Source: Eledone cirrhosa
Lineage: Eukaryota
Direction: 5' to 3'
Assembly: GCA_964016885.1 (NCBI GenBank)
Contig: OZ024757.1
Coordinates: 20,956,001 to 21,020,000, forward strand
DNA length: 64,000 nt
Shown: one piece after another, positions 1 through 14,221 of the stretch
Layout: the number at the start of each line of letters is the position of its first letter
How positions within the stretch are numbered: the stretch's first letter is position 1
The notes under the pieces: generated by a model
Told to the model about the DNA's origin: nothing
What the model saw: the letters and a program-made list of their open reading frames with translations, nothing else
The model's database searches: none
Position numbers and translations under genes: made by a program

Positions 1-394
1 CACACTGTAAATGTGGTTGGTGTTAGGAAGGGCATCCAGCTGTAGAAAACCCGCCAGACAGTCCACGCTGTAATGTGGCCGTGTAGGCAACACGGTAAAA
101 ACCTCCCAGCCCCACACTGTAAATGTGGTTGGTGTTAGGAAGGGCATCCAACTGTAGAAAACCCGCCAGACAGTCCACGCTGTAATGTGGCCGTGTAGGC
201 AACACGGTAAAAACCTCCCAGCCCCACACTGTAAATGTGGTTGGTGTTAGGAAGGGCATCCAACTGTAGAAAACCCGCCAGACAGTCCTATGCGAGCAAG
301 ACAACCACTCTTGCCTCAAGTGGGAAAACCCCCGTCCAAACCCATGCAAGCGTGGAACACGGACGCTAAACCTGATGATGATGATGATGATGAT
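1..394 (+). mobile_element. RTE LINE (family A) 3' UTR fragment with internal ~113-bp tandem duplication and (GAT)n tail
   Basis: Matches the 3' UTR at 13925-14148; the segment cagtccacgctgtaatgtggccgtgtaggc...gtagaaaacccgccaga is repeated in tandem; ends ggacgctaaacc(tga)n. Confidence 0.8.
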
Positions 395-491
395 ATAAAT
401 CCGTAGAACAAATATTTGTTAGTAGCACAGAAGATCCGACTCTAAGGTGAAAACAGAAATTGTTTGTTTAAACTTTTAATCTGAGCTAATA

Positions 492-540
<49 letters not shown>

Positions 541-999
541 GACATACACATTTATAAATATATACAAACACAGAAGAAACAAACTGCATCAAATGAAATT
601 AAAACCTCTAAAAATAAAACATAGAAATTATTACAAACCAAATAATAAATAAAAACAACATAGCAAACATGTATTTAAATGAAACCATATGTAAAAACAA
701 AAATAAAAATTAGTTGTCTGGCAGGTGAGGTGCAAACTTGTATGAGACCCCTGGCTAAACCCTTCACTGAGGCCCTTATGTCAAACTAATTATAATTTAC
801 TAGTGAAAGGGGGAGCCTATATCCTCCCTTGTTTGCTACACACTATTCACCTTCTCTCTTTGTACTGAGATTCATTTAGCTATGATATAATATTTTAGTA
901 GAAAAAAAAAAAATGTCCTTTAAAATATTGTGAGGAACCTAGCTACATCACAGCCAGCTTTCCCCCCACTTTAATCAGGGTATATATTATCTATGATAG

Positions 1000-3900
1000 C
1001 AACAAAAATAATTTGGTGCCTTTTAAATATTATTAGGGCCTTCCCTCTTTAACGTAGGTATAACATATTAATTATGATAACAATAAATATTTTGGTGCCT
1101 TTAAATATTATTAGGGCCTTCCCTCTTTAACGTATTAATTATGATAACAATAAATAATTTGGTGCCTTTTAAATATTATTAGGGCCTTCCCTCTTTAACG
1201 TAGGTATAACATATTAATTATGATAACAATAAATAATTTGGTGCCTTTTAAATATTATTAGGGCCTTCCCTCTTTAACGTAGGTATAACATATTAATTAT
1301 GATAACAATAAATATTTTGGTGCCTTTTAAATATTATTAGGGCCTTCCCTCTTTAACGTAGGTATAACATATTAATTATGATAACAATAAATATTTTGGT
1401 GCCTTTTAAATATTATTAGGGCCTTCCCTCTTTAACGTAGGTATAACATATTAATTATGATAACAATAAATATTTTGGTGCCTTTTAAATATTATTAGGG
1501 CCTTCCCTCTTTAACGTAGGTATAACATATTAATTATGATAACAATAAATATTTTGGTGCCTTTTAAATATTATTAGGGCCTTCCCTCTTTAACGTAGGT
1601 ATAACATATTAATTATGATAACAATAAATATTTTGGTGCCTTTTAAATATTATTAGGGCCTTCCCTCTTTAACGTAGGTATAACATATTAATTATGATAA
1701 CAATAAATATTTTGGTGCCTTTTAAATATTATTAGGGCCTTCCCTCTTTAACGTAGGTATAACATATTAATTATGATAACAATAAATATTTTGGTGCCTT
1801 TTAAATATTATTAGGGCCTTCCCTCTTTAACGTAGGTATAACATATTAATTATGATAACAATAAATATTTTGGTGCCTTTTAAATATTATTAGGGCCTTC
1901 CCTCTTTAACGTAGGTATAACATATTAATTATGATAACAATAAATATTTTGGTGCCTTTTAAATATTATTAGGGCCTTCCCTCTTTAACGTAGGTATAAC
2001 ATATTAATTATGATAACAATAAATATTTTGGTGCCTTTTAAATATTATTAGGGCCTTCCCTCTTTAACGTAGGTATAACATATTAATTATGATAACAATA
2101 AATATTTTGGTGCCTTTTAAATATTATTAGGGCCTTCCCTCTTTAACGTAGGTATAACATATTAATTATGATAACAATAAATAATTTGGTGCCTTTTAAA
2201 TATTATTAGGGCCTTCCCTCTTTAACGTAGGTATAACATTAATTATGATAACAATAAATATTTTGGTGCCTTTTAAATATTATTAGGGCCTTCCCTCTTT
2301 AATGTAGGTATAACATATTAATTATGATAACAATAAATAATTTGGTGCCTTTTAAATATTATTAGGGCCTTCCCTCTTTAACGTAGGTATAACATATTAA
2401 TTATGATAACAATAAATAATTTGGTGCCTTTTAAATATTATTAGGGCCTTCCCTCTTTAACGTATTAATTATGATAACAATAAATAATTTGGTGCCTTTT
2501 AAATATTATTAGGGCCTTCCCTCTTTAACGTAGGTATAACATTAATTATGATAACAATAAATATTTTGGTGCCTTTTAAATATTATTAGGGCCTTCCCTC
2601 TTTAACGTATTAATTATGATAACAATAAATAATTTGGTGCCTTTTAAATATTATTAGGGCCTTCCCTCTTTAACGTAGGTATAACATATTAATTATGATA
2701 ACAATAAATAATTTGGTGCCTTTTAAATATTATTAGGGCCTTCCCTCTTTAACGTATTAATTATGATAACAATAAATAATTTGGTGCCTTTTAAATATTA
2801 TTAGGGCCTTCCCTCTTTAACGTAGGTATAACATATTAATTATGATAACAATAAATAATTTGGTGCCTTTTAAATATTATTAGGGCCTTCCCTCTTTAAC
2901 GTAGGTATAACATATTAATTATGATAACAATAAATATTTTGGTGCCTTTTAAATATTATTAGGGCCTTCCCTCTTTAACGTAGGTATAACATATTAATTA
3001 TGATAACAATAAATATTTTGGTGCCTTTTAAATATTATTAGGGCCTTCCCTCTTTAACGTAGGTATAACATATTAATTATGATAACAATAAATATTTTGG
3101 TGCCTTTTAAATATTATTAGGGCCTTCCCTCTTTAACGTAGGTATAACATATTAATTATGATAACAATAAATATTTTGGTGCCTTTTAAATATTATTAGG
3201 GCCTTCCCTCTTTAACGTAGGTATAACATATTAATTATGATAACAATAAATATTTTGGTGCCTTTTAAATATTATTAGGGCCTTCCCTCTTTAACGTAGG
3301 TATAACATATTAATTATGATAACAATAAATATTTTGGTGCCTTTTAAATATTATTAGGGCCTTCCCTCTTTAACGTAGGTATAACATATTAATTATGATA
3401 ACAATAAATATTTTGGTGCCTTTTAAATATTATTAGGGCCTTCCCTCTTTAACGTAGGTATAACATATTAATTATGATAACAATAAATATTTTGGTGCCT
3501 TTTAAATATTATTAGGGCCTTCCCTCTTTAACGTAGGTATAACATATTAATTATGATAACAATAAATATTTTGGTGCCTTTTAAATATTATTAGGGCCTT
3601 CCCTCTTTAACGTAGGTATAACATATTAATTATGATAACAATAAATATTTTGGTGCCTTTTAAATATTATTAGGGCCTTCCCTCTTTAACGTAGGTATAA
3701 CATATTAATTATGATAACAATAAATATTTTGGTGCCTTTTAAATATTATTAGGGCCTTCCCTCTTTAACGTAGGTATAACATTAATTATGATAACAATAA
3801 ATAATTTGGTGCCTTTTAAATATTATTAGGGCCTTCCCTCTTTAACGTATTAATTATGATAACAATAAATAATTTGGTGCCTTTTAAATATTATTAGGGC

Positions 3901-5130
3901 CTTCCCTCTTTAACGTAGGTATAACATTAATTATGATAACAATAAATATTTTGGTGCCTTTTAAATATTATTAGGGCCTTCCCTCATTAACGTATTAATT
4001 ATGATAACAATAAATAATTTGGTGCCTTTTAAATATTATTAGGGCCTTCCCTCTTTAACGTAGGTATAACATATTAATTATGATAACAATAAATAATTTG
4101 GTGCCTTTTAAATATTATTAGGGCCTTCCCTCTTTAACGTATTAATTATGATAACAATAAATAATTTGGTGCCTTTTAAATATTATTAGGGCCTTCCCTC
4201 TTTAACGTAGGTATAACATTAATTATGATAACAATAAATATTTTGGTGCCTTTTAAATATTATTAGGGCCTTCCCTCTTTAACGTATTAATTATGATAAC
4301 AATAAATATTTTGGTGCCTTTTAAATATTATTAGGGCCTTCCCTCTTTAACGTATTAATTATGATAACAATAAATAATTTGGTGCCTTTTAAATATTATT
4401 AGGGCCTTCCCTCTTTAACGTATTAATTATGATAACAATAAATAATTTGGTGCCTTTTAAATATTATTAGGGCCTTCCCTCTTTAACGTATTAATTATGA
4501 TAACAATAAATAATTTGGTGCCTTTTAAATATTATTAGGGCCTTCCCTCTTTAACGTATTAATTATGATAACAATAAATAATTTGGTGCCTTTTAAATAT
4601 TATTAGGGCCTTCCCTCTTTAACGTATTAATTATGATAACAATAAATAATTTGGTGCCTTTTAAATATTATTAGGGCCTTCCCTCTTTAACGTATTAATT
4701 ATGATAACAATAAATAATTTGGTGCCTTTTAAATATTATTAGGGCCTTCCCTCTTTAACGTAGGTATAACATATTAATTATGATAACAATAAATAATTTG
4801 GTGCCTTTTAAATATTATTAGGGCCTTCCCTCTTTAACGTAGGTATAACATATTAATTATGATAACAATAAATATTTTGGTGCCTTTTAAATATTATTAG
4901 GGCCTTCCCTCTTTAACGTATTAATTATGATAACAATAAATATTTTGGTGCCTTTTAAATATTATTAGGGCCTTCCCTCTTTAACGTAGGTATAACATAT
5001 TAATTATGATAACAATAAATAATTTGGTGCCTTTTAAATATTATTAGGGCCTTCCCTCTTTAACGTAGGTATAACATTAATTATGATAACAATAAATATT
5101 TTGGTGCCTTTTAAATATTATTAGGGTCCT
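1000..5130. repeat. AT-rich satellite, ~79-bp monomer with a ~66-bp deletion variant (roughly 55 copies)
   Basis: Unit ttaacgtaggtataacatattaattatgataacaataaatattttggtgccttttaaatattattagggccttccctct; diverged longer related units flank it at ~840-1000 and 5126-5520. Confidence 0.95.
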
Positions 5131-5769
5131 AGCTATATCACAGCCAGCTTTTCCTCTTTAACTTAGGTATAATATATTATTTATGATAGCAACAAATAAT
5201 TTGGTGCCCTTTAAATATTATTAGGGCCCTAGCTACTTAACAGTCAGCCTTTCCCACTTTATTCTAGATATATTATATTACCTATGATAGCAACAACATA
5301 AATTTGGTGCCCTTTAAATATTGTGAGAGCCCTGGTTACATCACAGTCAGTCTTCCCTTCTTTAACCTAAGTATAATATGTTATTTATGATACCAACAAA
5401 ATTAATTAAAGGCCCTCGGCTTCAGCATAGTAGGCTTCCCCCAACTTTAACCTAGCTATAATATGTTATATATGATAGCATCAAAATTAACTAAGGGCCC
5501 TTGGCCCCAGTGTAGCCACCCTCCCACTAAATTTAATCCAATGCCATGCTCCAGAGTATCTTAGTTTTTTTCTTTCCACTCTGGTGATTCTGTGAATGAA
5601 TTCTCTTATGACAGATCTAAATGGAGAGGTTAATAGCTGAAAGGTTTGAGGTTAATAGAATTATCTCTAACTTCACTTTATCTCCTCCTTCACCTTCTTC
5701 CTTTAACTTGACACTTCATCTACCTACAAATTGCTGTCTGATTTTTTAGCCCCCAAATTCTCTCCCTAC

Positions 5770-5970
5770 ATATTTATCTACCTACCTACCTACCTCTTTG
5801 TCTGTCTCTCTCTCTCTATCTATCTATCTACCTATCTACCTACCTACCTACCTACCTACCTACCTACCCCTTTGTCTGTCTCTCTATCCATCTATCTATC
5901 TATCTACCTATCTCTTTGTCTGTCTCTCTATCCATCTATCTATCTATCTACCTACCTCTTTGTCTGTCTC

Positions 5971-6007
<37 letters not shown>

Positions 6008-6048
6008 TTATCTCTCAATCTATCTATCTATTTATCTAGCTATCTATC
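5770..6048. repeat. (TATC)n/(TACC)n compound microsatellite
   Basis: Directly visible. Confidence 0.9.
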
Positions 6049-6049
6049 C

Positions 6050-6475
6050 AGAGGTTATATGGTGGTCGAGGTTAAAAGGGCTGAGGTCAGACACCTTTCT
6101 CTCCGGCGAGCAACTGATTCGTTTTTTTCAAATATCATTTCGGAAGAGGAATCAGGATGGAGAGAGAGGTGCTGTACCCCAGCAAATTTTATAAAAGGTG
6201 GGTGAATGTGCCAAAGATGGCCCGAGTGGTTGGGCCTTCTCTCTATATAAGCCTGTAGGTTGAGGAAAAAGAGAAAGAGAGAAAGGGAGTACTCACTCTT
6301 GGTGCTCCTGGAGATGAGGGTTGTACATTTTCTCGGGGTGAGTACAACCCCAGTGTAACGGGATTTCAATTGTTATTTGTTATTTTATTAATAGTTTTAT
6401 TTTCATATACCTGTATGTAAACTCCTCATTTGTATTTGTCCCCTTCTTTTGTGCCCTTGTGGCTAATAAAGAAAT
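6050..6475 (+). mobile_element. L1/Tx1-clade LINE 3' fragment (ORF2 C-terminus plus 3' UTR)
   Basis: Frameshifted translation [30 protein letters not shown].../...KRWVNVPKMARV fits the IWxxR...F..RW ORF2 C-terminal pattern; ends gtcccc...gtggctaataaagaaa; same 3' end at 21385-21480. Confidence 0.65.
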
Positions 6476-6540
6476 TTATCTATTCATCTGTCTATCATTT
6501 TATCTATCTATCAACCTATCTATCTACCTGATATTATATT

Positions 6541-6852
6541 TGGGTGGCAAATCCCGCCGAGGTTGACTTTGCCTTTCATCCTTACGGGGTCGATAAAATA
6601 AAGTACCAGTAATGCACTGGGGATAATTACTGGCCTTGTGCCAAAAGTAGAAACAATTATATTTGGGTGGATTGGCAGTATCAGTAGAGAGTCGGACACC
6701 GTGCTTTGATGCATAGAGTTATGGTCCTTTATGTTCTGAGCTCAAATCCTGCCGAGGTTAACTTTGCCTTTCATCCTTACGGGGTCGATAAAATAAAGTA
6801 CCTGTAATGTACTGGGATAATTACTGGCCTTGTGCCAAAAGTAGAAAGAATT
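6541..6852 (+). mobile_element. SINE-B (tRNA-like head, Meta-like central domain): one partial and one near-full copy
   Basis: Central motif gccgaggttaactttgcctttcatccttacggggtcgataaaataaagtacc; 3' end tgtgccaaaagtagaaacaatt. Confidence 0.8.
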
Positions 6853-6944
6853 ATATTTATCTAATCTATCTAGCTACCTATCTGTCTATCTCATTGTTTG
6901 TCAATCTATTTTCCTATCTATCTGTTGCCTGATTGTCATTCTCT

Positions 6945-7531
<587 letters not shown>

Positions 7532-7647
7532 TTGTTTTTTTCTCGTTGCTTTGGTCCTTGTGGTTGGCTCACCGGCCGCAGTCTTCAATTAGTCAAGCTG
7601 TCTAAACGTAATGTTATTACTCTAAGGTAAAACTACCTCATTGAGTG

Positions 7648-7753
7648 CTTAGCTGCACATTCCGGATTGCATTCATTAGCTTAGCTGCACATTCCGGATT
7701 GCATTCATTAGCTTAGCTGCACATTCCGGATTGCATTCATTAGCTTAGCTGCA
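7648..7753. repeat. 32-bp tandem repeat, ~3 copies
   Basis: Unit cttagctgcacattccggattgcattcattag. Confidence 0.85.
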
Positions 7754-7784
7754 GCCAGAGCTTCGATTATGCTGAACTTCCATT

Positions 7785-7840
<56 letters not shown>

Positions 7841-7873
7841 AATACATAAACGGAGAAAGCTAATAGCGATATA

Positions 7874-7919
<46 letters not shown>

Positions 7920-7922
<3 letters not shown>

Positions 7923-8268
7923 TCATCATCATCATCATTTCATTTTACGTCCGCTTTTTCCCTGCTTGCAAGGGTGGGACGGGAGCTGATTCTGTCTTGA
8001 TTTCTACAGCTGGATGCCCTTCCTAACACCAACCTCATTTTACAGTGAGTGCTGGGTGCTTTTTTGCTGTGGCACCTCCACGACCACTTTACAGTGGAAT
8101 GATAGGGACCCCAGTCCCTATCATCTCATTTCTACAGCTGAGTAAACTGGAGCAATGTGAAATAAAGTGTCTTGCTCAAGGAAACAACACATCACCCAGT
8201 CTGAGAATTGAACTCACAACCTTTCGATTGCAAGGCCAATGCTCTAACCACTAAGCCATGTGCCTCCA
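7920..8268 (-). mobile_element. SINE-A: tRNA-derived CORE-SINE with RTE-type 3' tail
   Basis: Minus strand has A box tggcttagtgg, B box gagttcaattc, CORE-like ccttgagcaagacacttt...cagtttactcagctgtagaaatgagatgata (resembles the MIR CORE domain) and a (GAT)n tail. Confidence 0.85.
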
Positions 8269-8278
8269 TATATATATA

Positions 8279-8501
8279 TTTACTCAGCTGTAGAAATGAG
8301 ATGATAGGGACTGGGGTCCCTAACATTCCACTGTAAAGTGGTCGTGTAGGCGCCATGGAAAAAAAGCACCCAGCACTCACTGTAAATGAGGTTGGTGTTA
8401 GGAAGGGCATACAGCTGTAGAAATCAAGCCAGTGTCAGTTCTCGTCCCACCCTTGCAAGCAGGGAAAAGCAGACGTAAAATAAAATGATGATGAAATGAT
8501 G
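8279..8501 (+). mobile_element. 5'-truncated SINE-A, head-to-head with the previous copy
   Basis: tttactcagctgtagaaatgag...gacgtaaaa(tga)n. Confidence 0.8.
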
Positions 8502-8600
8502 AAGGAAGAGTGGTAAGGAATCATATATATATATACTCTGTTTCCAGAAATAGCCGGCAAAACGGCTCGAGCTCTGCTGTCGGGGTCTTGAACATTTTCC

Positions 8601-8651
<51 letters not shown>

Positions 8652-8657
<6 letters not shown>

Positions 8658-8945
8658 TGGTACCACAACATCCAGTCCGAAACAAAAGAGGTCGTGTAGG
8701 TGTCACGACAAAAAACAAACACACAGTCCACGCTGTAATGTGGCCGTGTAGGTAACATGGTAAAAACCTCCCAGTCCACACTGTAAACGTGGTTGGTGTT
8801 AGGAAGGGCATCCAGCCGTAGAAAACCCACCAGACAGTCCTATGCAAGCAAGACAACCACTCTTGCCTGAAGTGGGGAAAACTCCCGTCCAAACCCATGC
8901 CAGCGTGGAAGATGGACGTTAAACGATGATGATGATGATGATGAT
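8652..8945 (+). mobile_element. RTE family A 3' UTR fragment
   Basis: Similar to 13862-14148 and 29145-29314; flanked by (TA)n; (GAT)n tail. Confidence 0.8.
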
Positions 8946-9319
8946 ATATGACATGAAGTAATGATTGAGTGAATTACTCATTTGAAGTAAACTCACTTTC
9001 AAATAGTCACTTTCTACCTCCATTCAAAATACTTTTGTCTGACTGATACACTAAATTCACATCACATGTAAACTGTCTGTGTACAATTGCTTCAGAAGAG
9101 AATTACAATACTACAATGTTGAACTAATATATCTTCCCAACGTTTATTAAATATGAGAAGTTACAAATATTACACACTGAACTTCATAAATTGCTCTGCA
9201 TCTATAATTTTATTTTGACAATAGAGATGTGTTATGAGACAACACTATTGGTTTCTACTAAGTAATGCGGATGTGGTGGCATGTGGCCTAGTGGAAAGTG
9301 TGTTGGACTTATGATCATA

Positions 9320-9615
9320 ATGAATTCCATGTGTCTAACACACGTGGACATGCCTACTAAGTCAGAAAACAGCACAGCTCCCATGACTTTCGGAAACATT
9401 TTTTCACGCCCGCCCAGAGTTGCTGAAGCATGGAACAAACTACCTGCATCAGTTGTTAGCTGCTGGGACACTGCGTCCTTCAAAACCTCTGAGCTTCCTG
9501 ATATTCCCCCTCATACACTGTTCATTTTCCTGACATTTGTACATTATTCTATGTATTATACATGCATCTTTGATGAGTTGTAGTGCACCTGAGCACTGTA
9601 CACAATAATTTAATT
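9320..9615 (+). mobile_element. CR1-group LINE 3' fragment
   Basis: FRKHFF/RVAEAWNKLPASVVSC...SFK is typical of CR1 ORF2 C-termini; 3' end gtgcacctgagcactgtacacaataa is shared with 50640-50828. Confidence 0.75.
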
Positions 9616-9619
9616 ATAT

Positions 9620-9835
9620 CATAATGTTGTAGGTTGATTCCTGGACTGGGTTGTGTGTTGTGTTCTTGAGCAAGACACTTCATTTCCTGTTGCTACTCAG
9701 CTGAAAATGAGTACCAGCAATATTTGGGGGTTTAACCCTGTAATGGACTGGTGTCCTGTCCAAGGGGAAGTCTTGTTCTCTCAGTCACTTAATGCCACAG
9801 AAACCAGGATAAGCACCAACCTGAGGAGCCTTGGT
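9620..9835 (+). mobile_element. SINE-C (CORE-like plus V-like segment), degenerate
   Basis: cttgagcaagacactt...actcagctgaaaatgagtaccagc followed by ccctgtaatggactggtgtcctgtcc; related copy at 45579-45845. Confidence 0.55.
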
Positions 9836-10177
9836 AAATGAGGATACAGCATGGCCAAATGGTTAAGAAATTAATTTTGTAATTATTTAGTCCCAGGTTC
9901 AATCTTGGGCAAATGCCATTTACCATAGCCTCATGTCAATCTAAATCTTGTGGTGGAATACTTAGGCCATGTACAGAGCACACAATGCATCACCCAGACT
10001 GGAAATTGAACTCACAACCTCATGATTAGAAGCCCAAAGTTCTAGCCACTAAACCATGCACAATGATCAAGAATTTAGAGGGATTGATTAATGTAACCAA
10101 CTTTCTTCTTATTAAGTTGGGGTTTGCAGCATAACTTAAGAAAGGTTCTTATGTAAAATTATGATTTTAGATAAATA

Positions 10178-10508
10178 CTAGCAGAATGGCCCGGCATTGC
10201 TTGGGATTTGCTCTAGGGTTCTTAAATATTTGATATATATTTATCCTTATCGAGCCTCGTGAAATAACTACGTTTGTTTATATTTTGTTATTGTGTATGC
10301 AAATATATCTGTACACGAATATATAATTATATATATATATAAACTGTATATATAACAGTACAGAGAAGTATGGAATACCTCAGCCTCGGGATGTTTTCTA
10401 CATTTTGTGCTTATAAAAAAAATTTGTCGTAGATTACCATGGGTTTTTTCCGTGCGAAGAAAATCAATACTTTATCGCGAAATAAATACTTTTGTTTATA
10501 TTTTGTTA
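10178..10508 (-). mobile_element. Non-autonomous Helitron, 3' portion
   Basis: Near-identical to 31563-32230 without the SINE; minus-strand 3' end has a GC hairpin then CTAG|T. Confidence 0.7.
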
Positions 10509-12269
10509 TCAAGCTTTTATTTAAAACAAAACAAAGGGATTTTACATAAAATTATGATGGAAGGATTTTAGCTAGATATAATGGTTTCTGATTTAGGCAC
10601 AAGGCCAACAATTTTGGGGGAGGGGTAAGTCGATTAAATTGACCCCAGTGTATTACTGGCGTTTTATTTTATAGACCCTGTAAGGATGAACGGCAAAGCT
10701 AACTTTGGTGGCATTTGAACTAAGAAAGTAAAGAGATGTAACTATATGCAGTGTAGCATGTTGTCTGAGACTCTATCGATACTGCTAATCCACCATTTTA
10801 GCTAGATATAATGACTTTAAAACAAGAAGTTTTGTATCATAAAATAAGTCATGGTTTCAGTCAATTTGGTTTCTAATGAAAGACACTACCAACAGTTTTC
10901 AAATGATTTTGAAAATAATCAAGAGTTTGGAAGGATTTAGTAATTTAATTAAATTTCTTATTATTAAGCTGATGTTTGGAACATAATTTTATTTAAAAAT
11001 TATGACATAAAATTATGATGGAAGATTTTTAGATAAAAATAAAGACTTTAAAGATTTTGTTACCATATAACTAATGAAAAACACAAATAATTTTGAAAAC
11101 AATCAGAAATTTAACCAACTTTCTCATTATTCAACTGATATTTGAAACATAATCTGATAAAAAATCTCTGATGTAAAATTATAATTGTTTCTACTTTTGG
11201 CACAAGGACAGCAATTACCCAGTGTATTACTGGTACTTTATTTTATCGACGCCGTATGGATGGAAGGCAAAGTTATAATGGAAGGTTTTTAGATAAATAT
11301 AAAGACTAAATATTTCATTACTTTATTTCTAATAAAATTCACTCTTTAGGATTTTTAAAATAATTTTGAAAATTATCAAGAATTTGGAAGGATTTAGTAA
11401 TATAACTTTCTCATAATTCAGCTGATATTTGGATCATAATTTGATAAAGATTTCTGATATAAAATAATAATGGAAGGATTTAAGATAAAAACAAAAAGAT
11501 AAACTATGTCAATGTCAATATATGGTATATTTAATGATATACAGGATGTTTATGAAAGACAGTGCCAGATTAAGTTTTACCACTGAAGGGAGACCTGCCC
11601 CAAAGTCTTACAAGGGATAAGACCCTGTTGAAGGAACCCAAATAACAGGTTGAGGGTTAAACTGGATGATGGATTAAATTTTACTACTCAAGGGAGATCT
11701 GGACCAAATACTTGCAACAAACTGGACCCTGTTAAAAGCACCCAAATGCCAAGTCAAGGGTTAAATTAGGTGAGAGATTAAGTTTGATGGCCCAAGAATA
11801 TCTCAGTAGGGTTTGAACTCAGAAATGGAAAGTGTCGGAAAAGAAATAACACAAAAAGTTCTACCCAATGTTCTAATGCTTCTACTAATCCCCACCCACA
11901 GCCCCAACCCTCCATATGGACAGGTATGCTTTAAATAATAGTTTGACTCAACCAGGGCTGACATGCAGGTAAACAAAAGCAGCTTTCAAAGGGGGGGGGG
12001 GTGATGGATATTTCTTTTTTTTTTTTTTAGAAACACATCACGCAAGAGAGTTTTTATGGAATACTTGATAATGTTTTAGAGCAAAAACTGAGACATTTTG
12101 AAAATATAATTGAGAGTCTTAGTAAGACATTGCGAAAAGAACAGATAATAAAAATGCAGAAAAATAAAATAACTATAACAACAAATATAAAAAAAAACCA
12201 ATCAAACACAAAAGTAACTATTTTAAACTTTGTGCATATATATAAATGTATGTATATATATATACCTGA

Positions 12270-12550
12270 AACATGAAACAACCTTCAAGCATCCTGACAA
12301 AAAACATGCCACCCAGCTCGCAAACCAAGTATGGAGCCTTAAAAATAACCGCGCACCTTTTCCCATCAAATGGAGTATATTAAAAAAATCTACTGCCCAT
12401 GTTAATGGGACGAAATTATGCTGCTTTTGTAACTCAGAAAAATGGAATATACTCTCTCAACTGGCTGCAGGTAAACACTGCCTAAATACATGACTTAACT
12501 GCTTTAGCAGCAGTCCATACGAAATGAAGTACAGTCTAAATAAATGGTTT
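12270..12550 (+). pseudogene. Penelope-like element, GIY-YIG C-terminal region (Naiad-type pattern)
   Basis: HETTFKHPDKKHATQLANQVWSLK...FPIKWSILKKSTAHVNGTKLCCFCNSEKWNI...CLN fits the H..F....T.L...W.LK...I.W.I...CxxC..EK..I...LN pattern of Penelope-like endonucleases. Confidence 0.7.
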
Positions 12551-13362
12551 AGATCTGAATAACTAATCCTGATGTCGAGGAATATCTTTGAGTTACTGAC
12601 TAATTTGCACGTCAAGGAATTTGGATTCTTTGAGTCAGCATAGAAAAATTACAAGTCTGTAGTATATTTGAGTTCAAATCTCGCCGAGGTTAACTTTGCC
12701 TTTCATCCTTACGGGGTCGATAAAATAAAGTACCAGTAATGTACTGGGTAATTGCTGGACTTGTGCCTAAAATAGAAACAATTATTTCTAGTTATATTTT
12801 TATGAACTTATCTGTTTTTGTGGAAAGGTAGCCATAAGTTTTCTGGCCATGTTTTGTTGTGATTTCGTCTCATATGCATCTTTCTGGCAGTGCACTTCTC
12901 CATTTTGTTGCATAAAATAGTGTTACGAGTGCAATCCCACCTTTATGCCCAAAACTGCACACAAATTGGTGGCTGAAAAGGTCTGGAAATCCCTCTTCTT
13001 TTAAGAAATTGTTTTTGTGCTTGCTTTTTTTTTTTATTGATTATATATATATATATATATATATCCATGTGTAGTTGACAGCTGAGAGAAAAGAGTACTA
13101 AAAACGGAAGTAGAGTTTAATAATTAATTTTATTAAGGCTAAATAGCAAGTCTTATTATTCTGGAGTTTAGCTTTAATAAAATGAATATATCTATCTATC
13201 TATATATATATATATATCAGCTTAAAGCCAGTTTTAAACTAGTTAGACCATTACTCAACAGAGTACTCAATACTTGGGGTGGTTGAGTATGGCTATATTA
13301 TAAAGAGTCAGGACCAGACAGCTGAACTCTTGCTGTTGCAGCAGCTAGTTCCAGACAATATA

Positions 13363-13400
<38 letters not shown>

Positions 13401-13455
13401 CAGCAAAGTTGCACACATAAAAATAGCTGTCTTTGACTTTCAGGTATATATATAT

Positions 13456-14148
13456 AAGCTAGGAGACAAGTGTACTTAGCAAGAAGGGAAGCTGAGGAAA
13501 GAAAGTTTAAGCATGTTCTACAACGCGATGACCAAAAACGTGAGGTGTTCAGGATTGCTAGGCAATGCGTCAAGGAAAACCGTGATATAGTCGGGGAGAA
13601 GTGTGTACTAAACGACGATGGCACCTAGAAAAACCTGGGACGAGCTGATAAACTCCGACCTCACACACTTACACCTCTCCAAGACAATGTCACTGGACCG
13701 AGACCTTTGGCGGTACTCAGTAACAGAGAAGACCCGCCTTACCTAAATCTAAATACATAGTAAAACCTACTACAGCCAGTAGGCATCTCTAACAAAATAC
13801 CCCCCCCCCCCCCGTCCCACCACCCCCACCCCATCCACGCCACCCCGTTCTATGTAAAGTTATGTTGGTGCCACACCATCCAGGCCGAAACAAATGAGAT
13901 CGTGTAGGTGTCACGACAAAAAAACACACAGTCCACGCTGTAATGTGGCCGTGTAGGCAACACGGTAAAAACCTCCCAGACCCACACTGTAAATGTGGTT
14001 GGTGTTAGGAAGGGCATCCAGCTGTAGAAAACCTGCCAGACAGTCCTATGCGAGCAAGACAACCACTCTTGCCTCAAGTGGGACTACCCCCGTCCAAACC
14101 CATGCAAGCGTGGAACACGGACGTTAAACGTTGATGATGATGATGATA
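13456..14148 (+). mobile_element. Internally deleted RTE family A copy
   Basis: 13500-13624 matches 27158-27281; sequence from 13625 onward matches 28946 onward; full 3' UTR with (GAT)n tail; preceded by (TA)n. Confidence 0.9.
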
Positions 14149-14208
14149 TAGTGGTTAGGATTCCTGGCTTTCACCCAGGCAGCCCGGGTTTGATTCCCGG
14201 CATGGGAA
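14149..14208 (+). pseudogene. 5'-truncated tRNA-Glu(TTC) pseudogene
   Basis: tagtggttaggattcctggctTTCacccaggcagcccgggtttgattcccggcatgggaa: anticodon stem cctgg/ccagg, T arm ccggg/cccgg; first ~12 nt missing; T loop TTTG instead of TTCG. Confidence 0.85.
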
Positions 14209-14221
14209 CTCTAATCATTTA

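Noticed and set aside
12800-13000. LIM-like words on the minus strand (YFMQQNGEVHCQKDAY)
   Set aside because: In-frame stop and missing zinc ligands; probably chance
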